From: Actinomycetota bacterium
Lineage (GTDB): Bacteria > Actinomycetota > UBA4738 > HRBIN12
NCBI GenBank assembly: GCA_046330185.1
Contig: JAXLTF010000018.1
Coordinates: forward strand, 4,185 to 68,184
Length of the DNA stretch: 64,000 bases
Direction of reading: 5' to 3'
Shown here: piece by piece, positions 27,143 through 36,881 of the stretch
Position numbering within the stretch: position 1 is the stretch's first letter
Layout of the letters: the number at the start of each line of letters is the position of its first letter
Made by a program: the position numbers and the translations under genes
The notes under the pieces: model-generated
Databases searched by the model: none
Told to the model about the DNA's origin: nothing
The model's input: the letters and a program-made list of their open reading frames with translations, nothing else

Positions 27143-29464
27143 CTACTCGCCGCGAGGCCGGTCGCCGGAGCGCTGGTCGCGGAAGCGCTTGCCGCGCGGC
27201 CGGTCGCCACGACCCCCGCCGCCGTTGCCGCGGTTCCGGTCTCGGTCGCCGCGATCGTCTCGCGGACGGCGCTCACCGCCGCCCGCATCCGCGGCGCCCT
27301 CGGGCACCTCCCACTCCGGGCCGACGGGCTTCAGGCTGATCTTGCCCTGCGGGTCGATGTCCTCGACCAGGACCGTCAGCTTGTCGCCCTCCTTGACCGC
27401 CTCCTCGACGCTCGACAGGCGCTTGCCACGGCCTAGCTTCGAGATGTGGACCAGGCCGTCGCGCCCGGGGACGAGGTTCACGAACGCTCCGAAGGTGGTC
27501 GTCTTCACGACGGTGCCCTCGTACGTCTCGCCGACCAGGACCGGCCGCGGGTTCGCGATCTCGTCGATCATGCGCGCGGCCTCGTCCGCGCCCTCGGCGC
27601 CGACGGTCGAGCCGATGAAGACCGTCCCGTCGTCCTGGATGTCGATGTCGGCGCCGGTGAGCGCGATGATCTCGTTGATCCGCTTGCCCTTCGGCCCGAT
27701 CACCTCGCCGATCTTGTCGACCGGGATCTGGATCGAGATGATCCGCGGCGCCTTCGGGTTCACCTCGTCGCGCGGAGCGGGGAGCGCCTCCTCGATCACG
27801 TCGAGGATGATCAGCCGCGCGTCCCGCGCCTGCTTCAGCGCCCCCGCGAGCACCTCACCGGGCAGGCCGGTCACCTTCATGTCGAGCTGGATCGCGGTGA
27901 CGAACTCCCGCGTGCCGGCCACCTTGAAGTCCATGTCGCCAAGGGCGTCCTCGGCGCCGAGGATGTCCGTGAGCGTCACGAAGGTGTCGCCCTCGGCGAT
28001 CATCCCCATGGCGATGCCGGCGACCGGCGCCTTGATCGGCACGCCCGCATCCATCAGCGACAGGGTCGAGCCGCAGACGCTCGCCATCGAGGTCGAGCCG
28101 TTCGAGGACAGCACGTCGGAAACGAGGCGCAGCGCGTAGGGGAACTCGTCCTCCTTGGGAACCACCGGGACGAGTGCTCGCTCGGCGAGCGCCCCGTGGC
28201 CGATCTCACGACGCCGCGGCGATCCGACGCGGCCCGTCTCGCCCGTGGAGTAGGGCGGGAAGTTGTAGTGGTGCATGTATCGCTTCGTGTCTTCCAGGTC
28301 GAGCGTGTCGATCATCTGAGTCATCCGCAGCATCCCGAGCGTGGTCACGTTCAGGACCTGCGTGTCGCCCCGCTGGAACAGCGCCGAGCCGTGCGCCCGC
28401 TTGAGGACGCCGACCTCCGCCGAGAGCGGGCGGATTTCGGTGGCGGTGCGGCCGTCGAGCCGGATCCCCTCCTCGATCACGCGCCTGCGCATGACCTTCT
28501 TCTGCAGATCCTTCCAGGCCGGGCCGAACTCCTGCTGGCGCTCCAGGTAGGCCTCGGCCCCGAGGTGCTCGGCGAGGTGGAGCTTGGACTCCGCCTTCAG
28601 GCCGTCCAGCGCGGCCTCGCGCTCGGCCCTGTCGGGCACGATCGCACCCGACAGGCGCTCCTTCGCGAAGGCCGACAGGGCATCGAACAGGTCCTGCCCG
28701 TACAGGGGCCTCGGCTCGAACGGCTGCTCGGTGACCCCGGCCTCGGCCAGGAACTCCAGCTGGCGGCCGATCACCTCGTCGATCGCGCGCTTGGCGGCCT
28801 CGAGCCCGTCGGCGACGATCTCCTCGGTCGGCGCGGTGGCGCCGTCGGCGAGGAGCGCCCACGTCTCGTCGGGCGCCTCGCCCTCGATCATCAGGATGTC
28901 GACACCGCCCCCTTCGTTGCGCCGGCCCGCGACGACCACGTCGAACGTCGCCTCCCGGGTCTGCTGGAACGTCGGGTTCACGACCCACCCGCCGTCGATC
29001 AAGGCGACGCGGACCGCGCCGACCGGACCGTCGAACGGCAGCCCCGCGAGGCAGGTCGCGAGCGACGCACCGTTCATCGCGGGGATGTCGTACGGGTTCT
29101 CGCCGTCGAAGCCCAGGACGGTCACGACGACCTGGACCTCGTCACGGTAGCCGTCGCGGAACGTCGGGCGGAGCGGGCGGTCGATCAGCCGTGCGGTGAG
29201 GATCGCCGTCTCGGACGGACGGCCCTCGCGACGGAAGAAGCTGCCCGGGATCTTCCCCGCCGCGTACATGCGCTCCTCGACGTCGATCGTGAGCGGGAAG
29301 AAGTCGATCCCCTCGCGCGGGTTCGAGCTCACACAGGTGGCGAGGATCTGGGTCTCGCCGTAGGACACGACGGCGGCGCCGTCGGCGAGCGGGGCGAGCC
29401 TGCCCGACTCGAAGGACAGGGTCTGGCTCCCGAAGGTCCAGGACTTGCTCGTGGTGGTGGCCAT
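27143..29464 (-). CDS. pnp: Polyribonucleotide nucleotidyltransferase
   Basis: [36 protein letters not shown] and S1 domains. Confidence 0.99.
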   Translation of the reverse strand: MATTTSKSWTFGSQTLSFESGRLAPLADGAAVVSYGETQILATCVSSNPREGIDFFPLTIDVEERMYAAGKIPGSFFRREGRPSETAILTARLIDRPLRPTFRDGYRDEVQVVVTVLGFDGENPYDIPAMNGASLATCLAGLPFDGPVGAVRVALIDGGWVVNPTFQQTREATFDVVVAGRRNEGGGVDILMIEGEAPDETWALLADGATAPTEEIVADGLEAAKRAIDEVIGRQLEFLAEAGVTEQPFEPRPLYGQDLFDALSAFAKERLSGAIVPDRAEREAALDGLKAESKLHLAEHLGAEAYLERQQEFGPAWKDLQKKVMRRRVIEEGIRLDGRTATEIRPLSAEVGVLKRAHGSALFQRGDTQVLNVTTLGMLRMTQMIDTLDLEDTKRYMHHYNFPPYSTGETGRVGSPRRREIGHGALAERALVPVVPKEDEFPYALRLVSDVLSSNGSTSMASVCGSTLSLMDAGVPIKAPVAGIAMGMIAEGDTFVTLTDILGAEDALGDMDFKVAGTREFVTAIQLDMKVTGLPGEVLAGALKQARDARLIILDVIEEALPAPRDEVNPKAPRIISIQIPVDKIGEVIGPKGKRINEIIALTGADIDIQDDGTVFIGSTVGAEGADEAARMIDEIANPRPVLVGETYEGTVVKTTTFGAFVNLVPGRDGLVHISKLGRGKRLSSVEEAVKEGDKLTVLVEDIDPQGKISLKPVGPEWEVPEGAADAGGGERRPRDDRGDRDRNRGNGGGGRGDRPRGKRFRDQRSGDRPRGE

Positions 29465-29533
29465 CGGCCGGTTGCCTCCTTGGGCGTTGGCCGGACGCGC
29501 GCGCGCCCGGGCACGGTGGAGACGCCGGGTGTC

Positions 29534-29596
29534 GGCCGATTGTCAGTGGTGGGCCTCCGAGCACGCGGTTCGGGGGCTCGCTACTGATAACCGACC
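29534..29596 (-). promoter_or_regulatory. Long rpsO-pnp intergenic hairpin (probable RNase III site)
   Basis: GGUCGGUUAUCAGUAG pairs with CCACUGACAAUCGGCC (about 14 of 16 bp), with an inner stem. Confidence 0.65.
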
Positions 29597-29668
29597 TCGT
29601 CGTCGACGTCTCCCGGGAACGGGGCTCAGGTCGTTCGCATCCCTCCTTCGCGGGCCGTGCCGCGCCTC

Positions 29669-29938
29669 CTAGCGGCGGAGCCCGAGCTTCGCGATCAGGT
29701 CGCGGTAGCGCTCGATGTCCTCACGCTTGAGGTACTCGAGGAGGCGCCGGCGCCGGCCGACCATCTTCAGCAGACCGCGGCGGGAGGCGTGATCCTGCCT
29801 GTGGGTCTTCAGGTGCTCGGTCAGCTCGGCGATGCGCCTGGTCAGCACCGCGACCTGGACCTCGGCGGAGCCCGTGTCGCCCGCGGAGCGGGCATGCTCC
29901 TCGATGAGCTGGGTCTTGGCTTCCTTGGTGAGCGTCAT
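29669..29938 (-). CDS. rpsO: 30S ribosomal protein S15
   Basis: [13 protein letters not shown]...[29 protein letters not shown]. Confidence 0.99.
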   Translation of the reverse strand: MTLTKEAKTQLIEEHARSAGDTGSAEVQVAVLTRRIAELTEHLKTHRQDHASRRGLLKMVGRRRRLLEYLKREDIERYRDLIAKLGLRR

Positions 29939-29981
29939 GATCAGCAACCCAGGCTACCAGCGGCGATGCGGCTCCGACCGG

Positions 29982-31070
29982 TCAGTCCGGGACGGGATGG
30001 CCGTCCGAGACGATCCGGGCCGGCAGCAGCCTTCCGCGGATCCATCCGCCCGGGCTGACCGTGACCTCGGCGACCGCGGTCGTGGACCCCTCGTACGAGA
30101 ACACCGGCCAGACGAAGTTGCCGAGCCCCCAGAAGATCGGGCGGCCGTGGTAGCGGCTCATCGGCTGGAGCCGGTGGGAGTGGTGCCCGAAGATCGCGTC
30201 GGCGCCGGCGTCGATCATCCGGTGCCCCTCGCGGACCTGGTAGTCCCGAGGCTCGGTATCGAGCTCGACCCCCCAGTGGATGGTCACGATGACCAGGTCG
30301 GCGATCCTGTCGGCGTTGCGGATCGCACGCAGCTTCAGCCTGAGGCTGTGACCGGTCGCCGTCCCGGGCTCGTCGGGCCCCGCCGTCTGGTAGAGCGGGT
30401 CCAGCACCTCGCCGAACCCCACCACCGCGACCGTCCACCCGTTCAGGTCGAACACCGCGGGGCGCTCGGCCGCCAGCTCGTCGCGGCCGGCTCCAACGGG
30501 CTCGATACCCGCCTCACGGAGGTTGCGGATCGAGTCGAGCAGCCCGCGCGGACCCTGGTCGTACGCGTGGTTGTTCCCGAGGTTGGCGACCTCGACGCCC
30601 GCGTGCCGGGCGGCGGGGAGCGCGGCCGGGTCGCAGCGGAAGTTGAACTCCTTCGGGATCGGGGCGACGATGTCCGTCGACGGACACTCGTGGTTGATCA
30701 CGGTGAGGTCGTCCCGACGGAACAGCCCGTCCAGCCCCGACCACGCCCAGCGATAGCCCTGCGACCGGAACACGGGCAGGTAGGAGGGGTCGAGGCTGAC
30801 GTCACCAGTGCCGTGGATCAGGAGCGAGCCCTTCGGCGCGGGCGAGGGGGTCGGTGACGGCGGAGGGGGCGCGCCGGTGACGCCCGAGGGCCCCGTCCCG
30901 GTCGTCGGCCCCGACGCGCGCGCGACGTCCCCCGACGCGCTCCCGGTTCCCGATCCGTCGCCCCCCGTCATCGCGGATGCGGTGAGCATGCCCGCCGCTC
31001 CGACGAGCGCGATCAGGACCAGGAGCACCCAGAAGGGGAAGGGCGCCTTGCGGGCGTGGCGGCCGGTCAT
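29982..31070 (-). CDS. Membrane-anchored CapA-family metallophosphoesterase
   Basis: N-terminal TM, Gly/Thr/Pro linker, then GDV, INHE, LGNNHAYDQG, IHWG and GHHSH. ATGA overlap with the ribF stop. Confidence 0.9.
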   Translation of the reverse strand: MTGRHARKAPFPFWVLLVLIALVGAAGMLTASAMTGGDGSGTGSASGDVARASGPTTGTGPSGVTGAPPPPSPTPSPAPKGSLLIHGTGDVSLDPSYLPVFRSQGYRWAWSGLDGLFRRDDLTVINHECPSTDIVAPIPKEFNFRCDPAALPAARHAGVEVANLGNNHAYDQGPRGLLDSIRNLREAGIEPVGAGRDELAAERPAVFDLNGWTVAVVGFGEVLDPLYQTAGPDEPGTATGHSLRLKLRAIRNADRIADLVIVTIHWGVELDTEPRDYQVREGHRMIDAGADAIFGHHSHRLQPMSRYHGRPIFWGLGNFVWPVFSYEGSTTAVAEVTVSPGGWIRGRLLPARIVSDGHPVPD

Positions 31071-32021
31071 GGGAAGTCCCTTCGGATGGGCTGGGTGTCG
31101 GGAACGATCGCCCGCGTCCGCCGGACGTCGTCGGCGATCGCGGAGACCAGGTCGTCGACCGCATCGTACTTGACCTCGTCCCGCAGCCGGCCCCAGAACT
31201 CGATCGCGATCGGGCGTCCCCGCAGATCTCTCCCCTCGAAGTCCAGCAGGAACGCCTCGACGTGCAGCGGCTCCACCCCGAACGTCGGGTTCGTGCCCAC
31301 GTCGATCGCCGCCCGGTGCCGGGATCCGCCCAGCTCGGCCACGCCCGCGTAGATCCCCTGCCCGGGCAGCAGCAGGCGCGGCCACGTGCGCAGGTTGGCG
31401 GTCGGGAATCCAAGCCCCCCGCCCCCGCCCGTGACCCGAGACCACCTCGCCGTCGAGCGCGAACCGGCGCCCCAGCGCGACCTGCGGCCACGCGAGGTCG
31501 CCCGCGCCGAGCGCCTCACGCACCGACGACGACGAAACCGTCCTGCCGTCGATCTCGAGCAGGCCGACGCCCTCGGCGGTCAGGCCGTACGGCTCGCCGA
31601 TCACCGGCAGGGTCTGCACCGTTCCGAGGGCACGATGGCCGAACGTGAAGTTTGCTCCCATCACCGCGTGCACGGCGTGGACCCCTTCCACGAGCGTGTC
31701 CCGCACGAAGTCCTCGGCCAAGATCCGAGAGAACGCCGCCGTGAACGGGATCACGATCAGCACCTCGATCCCGGTGCCGGCGATCAGCGCGCCCTTGCGC
31801 TCGACCGTGGTCAGCAGGCGGGGTTCCTTGCCGGGCGTGAGCACCTCGCGGGGGTGACGGTCGAACGTGATCGCCACCGGGCTGGCGCCGCGCTCTCGCG
31901 CGGCCTCGACCGTCCGCGCGAGCACCGCGCGGTGCCCCAGGTGGACCCCGTCGAAGAAGCCGACCGTGACGACCGACGGACCATCATCCAGCGGCAGCGC
32001 GTCACCCGGCACGATCCGCAT
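31067..32021 (-). CDS. ribF: Bifunctional riboflavin kinase/FAD synthetase; +1 G in a G-run near 31425-31430
   Basis: GFFDGVHLGH and GANFTFG in frame 1; GLGFPTAN, VGTNPTF, HVEAFLL and LRDEVKY in frame 2. Confidence 0.95.
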
Positions 32022-32106
32022 GCGGCGCAGAGTACCGAACGTCCCGCGACGCACCCGTCCCGTCGATGCCCGGCCGGGGGACCCGCCGGAGTACCGTGAG
32101 GACCGC

Positions 32107-33027
32107 ATGACCGGGTCATGGTGGATGCGATCGGTGGCGCTCTCGGTGGCCATCGTGGTCGCGAGCGCGTGCGGAGGGCCGGGGGCCGGCCGACCCGTCA
32201 CGGCGCTCGGCGACGACGCGGTGTCGATCGGGTCGTTCGACTTCCCCGAGAGCACGCTGCTCGCCGAGCTGTACGCCCAGACGCTCGAGGGGCACGGGAT
32301 CGCCGTCGAGCGTCGGTTCGCGCTCGGGCCGCGCGAGCTCGTGCTGCCGGCGATGGAGCGCGGGCTGCTCGAGCTGGTCCCCGAGTACGTCGGAAGCGCC
32401 CTCGCGTTCCTCGGCGGCACGCCGACGCCGCAGACCGCCCCGACGCTCCTGCTCCTGCGCGGTCAGCTGGCCTCGCGCGGCCTGGCCGCCCTCGACCCGG
32501 CGCCCGCGCAGGACCAGAACGGGTTCGTCGTTACCGCCTCCACGGCAGAGCGCCTGGGCCTGCGGTCCCTGTCGGATCTGTCGAGGGTGGCCGGCGATCT
32601 CACGATGGGGGGGCCGCCCGAGTGTCCGACACGTCGCCTGTGCCTCCGCGGGCTCCAGGACATGTACGCGATCGGCTTCGGAGCGTTCATCCCCCTCGAC
32701 GCCGGAGGGCCGCTCACGCTCGAGGCCCTGCTCTCCGGCGCGATCGACGTCGGTCTGATGTTCACGACCGACGGCACGATCGAGCGACGCGGGCTCGTGC
32801 TGCTGACGGACGATCGCCACCTGCAGCCCGCCGAGAACGTCGTGCCCGTCACCCGGACGGACGTCCTGACGCGGTTCGGACCCGGGTTCGCCGAGGCGCT
32901 CGACGCCGTCGGGGCGGCGCTTGACACCCAGACGCTGCGCGGGCTGAACGCCGCGGTCCAGTCCGGCGGATCCCCCGCCGACATCGCCCGCACGTGGCTC
33001 GACGCCCACGGTCTGCGTACCGGCTAG
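32107..33027 (+). CDS. OpuAC/OsmF-type ABC substrate-binding lipoprotein (orphan)
   Basis: Lipobox VASAC, SIGSFDFPESTLLAELYAQ, VPEYVG, QDQNGFVV and DDRHLQPAENVVP. Confidence 0.9.
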   Translation: MTGSWWMRSVALSVAIVVASACGGPGAGRPVTALGDDAVSIGSFDFPESTLLAELYAQTLEGHGIAVERRFALGPRELVLPAMERGLLELVPEYVGSALAFLGGTPTPQTAPTLLLLRGQLASRGLAALDPAPAQDQNGFVVTASTAERLGLRSLSDLSRVAGDLTMGGPPECPTRRLCLRGLQDMYAIGFGAFIPLDAGGPLTLEALLSGAIDVGLMFTTDGTIERRGLVLLTDDRHLQPAENVVPVTRTDVLTRFGPGFAEALDAVGAALDTQTLRGLNAAVQSGGSPADIARTWLDAHGLRTG

Positions 33028-33040
33028 CATCGCCGCACTG

Positions 33041-34741
33041 ATGGACGCGATCGGGCGGCAGCAGGGCGGCACCGCGGACCCGGTCGCGACGACGCGCCAG
33101 GCGGCGCCGCGCCGAGGTCGGCGCCGGAGGCCGAGCGGAGAGGCCCCGCCGCTGCCCCGTGAGCTCGGCGGGTCCGGGAAGTTCCTGCTGCTGGTGATCG
33201 CGTACTTCGCCAGCGTGCTGCTGGGCGTGCTGCTCTTCTCGCCCTTCGAGCGGTTGTTCGAGAGCTGGGACGCGCAGCAGATGCGATGGCTGGCGTCGAT
33301 CCGGACCGACTGGCTGACCGACTGGGCCCTGGGGATCGGGCTGCTGGCATCGCGTTGGGCGATCCGGATCCTCCGGTGGGGGTCGATCGCGGGGCTCGTG
33401 GCCCTCCGGCGCTGGCGACAGCTGCTGGTCTTCGTGGGCGCGATCGTGGTCGTCGAGCTGGCCACGTACCAGACCAGCCTGTTCATCGCGCGGCCCCGGC
33501 CGCTCGGCATCGAGATCCTCGGCCCGTGGAGCGGGTTCGCGATGCCTGCACGCCCTCTCGCGGGGCTGGCCGTCACGCTCGTGGGGATCAGCTACTCGTT
33601 CATCCCGGCCGGCCGCATGCGGTACGGCTCCAAGTGGGTGATCGCGGTCCTGCTGGCGGTGCTGTCGCTGACGCACGTGTACCTCGCGGTCGATCAGCCG
33701 ACGAGCGCGGCCTTCGGCGCGATCTTCGGTTTCGCGGTCGGGCTGGTGGCGTTCCGATGGTTCGCGCCCAACGACGTCTACCCCGTGTCGTACACCAGGA
33801 GGAAGGCGGCGCACCTCGACGTGGGAGGACGTCGCGGGGAGGCGATCGTCCATGCGATCGAGGACCAGCTCGGGTTCCGGATCACGGAGGTCACCCCCGT
33901 CGGACTGGCCGGCTCCGGTGGATCGACCCCGCTGCGGTTGCGGGTGGAGGCTACCTCGGCCGACCCGCAGCGTTACCTCTTCGCGAAGCTCTACGCGAAG
34001 AGCCACGTCCGCGCCGACCGGTGGTACAAGCTCGGCCGCACGATCTTGTACGGACAGCTCGAGGACGAGACGCCCTTCCAGTCCGTGCGTCGCTTCGTCG
34101 AGTACGAGGACTACACGCTCCGTCTCATGGCCGATGACGGCCTGCCGGTGCCCCGGCCCTTCGGGATCGTGGAGATCACGCCCGAGCGGGAGTACATGAT
34201 CGTGATGGAGTTCTTCGAGGGCGCCGTGGAGCTCGGCGAGGCGGAGGTCTCCGAACACGTGATCGACGAGGGCCTGCAGCTGATCCGGCGGATGTGGGAC
34301 GTGGGGCTCGCCCACCGGGACGTGAAGCCCGCGAACCTCATGGTCCAAGACGGCGAGCTCCGGCTCATCGACGTGTTCTTCGTGCAGGTCCGGCCCTCGC
34401 CGTGGCGGCAGGCCGTCGACCTGGCGAACATGATGCTGGTGCTCGCGCTGCGCGCGGACGCGCAGCGCGTCTACGATCGCGCGCTCCGCTGGTTCACCCC
34501 GGATGAGATCGCGGAGGCGTTCGCGGCGGCGCGCGGCATCGCGAGCCCGACCCAGCTCCGGTCGATGTTGAAGCGGGACGGACGCGATCTGGTCGAGGAG
34601 TTCCGCGCGCTCGCGCCCCCGCGCGACCCGATCAGGATCCAGCGGTGGAGCCTGCGCCGGATCGGCCTCACGCTGGTCGTCGCGCTGGTGGTGCTGCTGG
34701 CCGTGTCGTTCTTGGCATCGAACTGGGAGGCCTTCGCGTGA
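33041..34741 (+). CDS. Membrane protein: degenerate PAP2-like domain, protein-kinase-like (RIO/Kdo/Hanks) domain and C-terminal TM
   Basis: GLAGSGGS loop, LFAKLY Lys, VMEFFEG hinge, HRDVKPAN catalytic loop and IDVF; N-terminal multi-TM region with RPRP. Confidence 0.85.
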   Translation: MDAIGRQQGGTADPVATTRQAAPRRGRRRRPSGEAPPLPRELGGSGKFLLLVIAYFASVLLGVLLFSPFERLFESWDAQQMRWLASIRTDWLTDWALGIGLLASRWAIRILRWGSIAGLVALRRWRQLLVFVGAIVVVELATYQTSLFIARPRPLGIEILGPWSGFAMPARPLAGLAVTLVGISYSFIPAGRMRYGSKWVIAVLLAVLSLTHVYLAVDQPTSAAFGAIFGFAVGLVAFRWFAPNDVYPVSYTRRKAAHLDVGGRRGEAIVHAIEDQLGFRITEVTPVGLAGSGGSTPLRLRVEATSADPQRYLFAKLYAKSHVRADRWYKLGRTILYGQLEDETPFQSVRRFVEYEDYTLRLMADDGLPVPRPFGIVEITPEREYMIVMEFFEGAVELGEAEVSEHVIDEGLQLIRRMWDVGLAHRDVKPANLMVQDGELRLIDVFFVQVRPSPWRQAVDLANMMLVLALRADAQRVYDRALRWFTPDEIAEAFAAARGIASPTQLRSMLKRDGRDLVEEFRALAPPRDPIRIQRWSLRRIGLTLVVALVVLLAVSFLASNWEAFA

Positions 34742-35312
34742 GACGGCGGCTCCCCTGGTGCTGCTGTGCGTCGTGGCGCTGGCGCCCGCCTGCTCGAGCA
34801 GCGCGTCGATGCTCCCTCCGTGCAACCGGCCCGACGACCGGACGCTCATCCTGATCGCGCAGGCCGTTCCGACCGCGACCAGGTTGCCTTGCATCACGGC
34901 GATCCCGGCGGGCTGGACGTTCGGCGGGGCGCTCGTCGAGTCCGACCTCGCTCGGATGTGGCTGGATTCGGACCTGGGCGGGATACATGCCGTGCAGATC
35001 GATCTGGTGGCGCGTTGCGACACGTCGGATGCCGTCGAGGTGCCCCCCGGTCCCGACGAGGGCGGCACGCGGGTGTTCCAGCTCCCCGTGACCCTCCCGC
35101 CCGGCTTCGTCGGCTCGCGCTTCGTCACGTTCCCGGGCGGCTGCGTCAGGACCGAGTACCGCTTCGCAGCCGACGCTCCCGCATCGCTGACGGTCGAGGC
35201 CGATGCGGCCGTCGGCCTGATCGCCCGCTCGGCCGTCGCGGTGGAGGTCGAGGACGCGTTCGGCCTCCCGCTCTGCGGGGCCGGCGTCGTCTGCGCCGGC
35301 GACGGCCCGTGA
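34738..35312 (+). CDS. Cys-rich lipoprotein; likely 1-C deletion at 34752-34755 (track ORF starts at 34758)
   Basis: Restoring one C gives MRRRLPLVLLCVVALAPAC (basic N-region plus lipobox) starting at a GTGA overlap with the kinase stop. Confidence 0.75.
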
Positions 35313-36043
35313 GCCCCCGCTCGTCGCGCCCGCCCGAGCCCCGCGCGCTCGCCGATCACCGGCGAGCGCTCTGGTACGCGGTCGGTCTGCTGGGCTCGCT
35401 CGTCTTCGTGCTCTTCGCGGTGGGACGCCACCCCACCGACGCCGCCCCGATGACCACGATCCCGTTCGTCGGCGAGCTCGACCAGGCGATGCACCGCTGG
35501 ATGGACGACGTCCGCGTCACGCCGCTCACGTGGCTGTTCCGGTTCCTGAACGTGCTCGGCGCCGGGATCGTCACGATCCCTATCCGGATCGTCGCGTCGG
35601 CGATCCTGGCCGTGCGGCGCCGCTGGCGCGCGCTGGCCGCGTTCCTGTTGACCTGGGTCGCGTCCGAGCTGATCCTGGGTTGGCTGAAGCCTTGGTTCCA
35701 TCGAGGACGTCCCGACGGGGCCCTGGTCGAGACGGTCGGCTTCTCGTTCCCCTCCGGCCATGCGGTCGCGGGCTCGGCGCTCGCCGTCGCGCTGGTGCTG
35801 GCGTTCATGCCGGCGGGCCACGAACGACGGGTGTGGGAGTGGATCGCCGCCGGGTTCGCGTTCATGATGGCGCTGTCGCGCGTTTACCTCGCCGCGCACT
35901 GGTTCTCGGACGTCGTCGCCGGAGTGCTGCTGGGCTCGGGCGTCGCGATCGGCTCGGCCGCCCTGGTCACCGAGATCCGCGACCTGGTCCGAGGGCCCGA
36001 CGGCGAGCCGTCGGGCGGGCGGGTCACGCCGGGGCCAGGATGA
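35309..36043 (+). CDS. PAP2-family phosphatase (intact catalytic motifs)
   Basis: KPWFHRGRP, SFPSGHA and SRVYLAAHWFSD; GTGA overlap with the upstream gene. Confidence 0.93.
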   Translation: MSPRSSRPPEPRALADHRRALWYAVGLLGSLVFVLFAVGRHPTDAAPMTTIPFVGELDQAMHRWMDDVRVTPLTWLFRFLNVLGAGIVTIPIRIVASAILAVRRRWRALAAFLLTWVASELILGWLKPWFHRGRPDGALVETVGFSFPSGHAVAGSALAVALVLAFMPAGHERRVWEWIAAGFAFMMALSRVYLAAHWFSDVVAGVLLGSGVAIGSAALVTEIRDLVRGPDGEPSGGRVTPGPG

Positions 36044-36881
36044 CCCGCGGCCGGCCCTTCGTGCCCTCGTCCTCGTAGATCCCGATCAGGGCCCCGTCCG
36101 GCCCGTGCACCGCGTACGGCCCCGCGATCGCGGCGGGGCCCAGGATCCGTCCGTGCCGGGCGGCCGCCGCCTCGTGCTCGTCCAGCTCCAGCCGTGGGAG
36201 GTGCCCGACGGCCCGCTCGAGCGGCAGGGGCAGCCCCGGCGCCTCCGGGGGCGTCGCCTCGTCCACGGTGAAGGGCCCGATCGCCGTGCGGCGCAGCGCG
36301 ATCAGGTGCGCCCCGCAGCCCAGGCGGTCGCCGACGTCGGCGGCCAGCACGCGCACGTAGGTCCCGCTCGAGCAGACCACCACGAAGTCGACGTCCCGGC
36401 CGTCGAACGCCTCCAGCCCGAACCGATCGACCCGGATGGGCCTGGCCTCCGCCTCGATCGGGACCCCGCGACGAGCCGCGTCGACGAGCTTGGTCCCCCC
36501 GACCTTGACGGCCGAGTACGCGGGCGGGCGCTGCAGGGACCCGCCCTCAAGCGCCGCCATCGCCGACCGGATCTCCTCCGTGCCCGCGTCGACCTCGACG
36601 GGGACACCCACCGGCTCGCCATCGGCGTCGAGCGTCGTCGTCCTCGCCCCCAGCCTCATCGTGCCCTCGTAGGTCTTGGAGAGGGACGCCAGGAACCGCA
36701 GCAGGCGCGTGGCGCGACCGACCCCGACCAGCAACAGGCCGGTCGCCATCGGATCGAGGGTGCCCGCGTGGCCGACCCTGCGTGTCCCGAGCGCCCGCCG
36801 GACCCGGTCGACGGCGTCGTGGGAGGTGATGCCGCCGGGCTTGTCGATCAGCAGCAGCCCGTCGATCGCGGGGGTGCTCAA
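36024..36881 (-). CDS. truB: tRNA pseudouridine(55) synthase
   Basis: DKPGGITSHD, GHAGTLDPMATG, QRPPAYSAVK and CSSGTYVR. Confidence 0.97.
   Translation of the reverse strand: MSTPAIDGLLLIDKPGGITSHDAVDRVRRALGTRRVGHAGTLDPMATGLLLVGVGRATRLLRFLASLSKTYEGTMRLGARTTTLDADGEPVGVPVEVDAGTEEIRSAMAALEGGSLQRPPAYSAVKVGGTKLVDAARRGVPIEAEARPIRVDRFGLEAFDGRDVDFVVVCSSGTYVRVLAADVGDRLGCGAHLIALRRTAIGPFTVDEATPPEAPGLPLPLERAVGHLPRLELDEHEAAAARHGRILGPAAIAGPYAVHGPDGALIGIYEDEGTKGRPRVILAPA

Noticed and set aside
27136-27288. N-terminal extension of the M16 ORF overlapping the pnp 3' end
   Set aside because: Low-complexity alternate reading of the pnp tail; the ATG at 27135 gives a normal M16 start.
31420-31435. Programmed frameshift or phase variation in ribF (and nusA)
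   Set aside because: No slippery heptamer or stimulatory structure, the genes are essential, and similar indels are scattered across the window.
32040-36043. Mobile-element origin of the four-gene cassette
   Set aside because: No transposase, integrase or flanking direct repeats seen, and its codon usage looks native.
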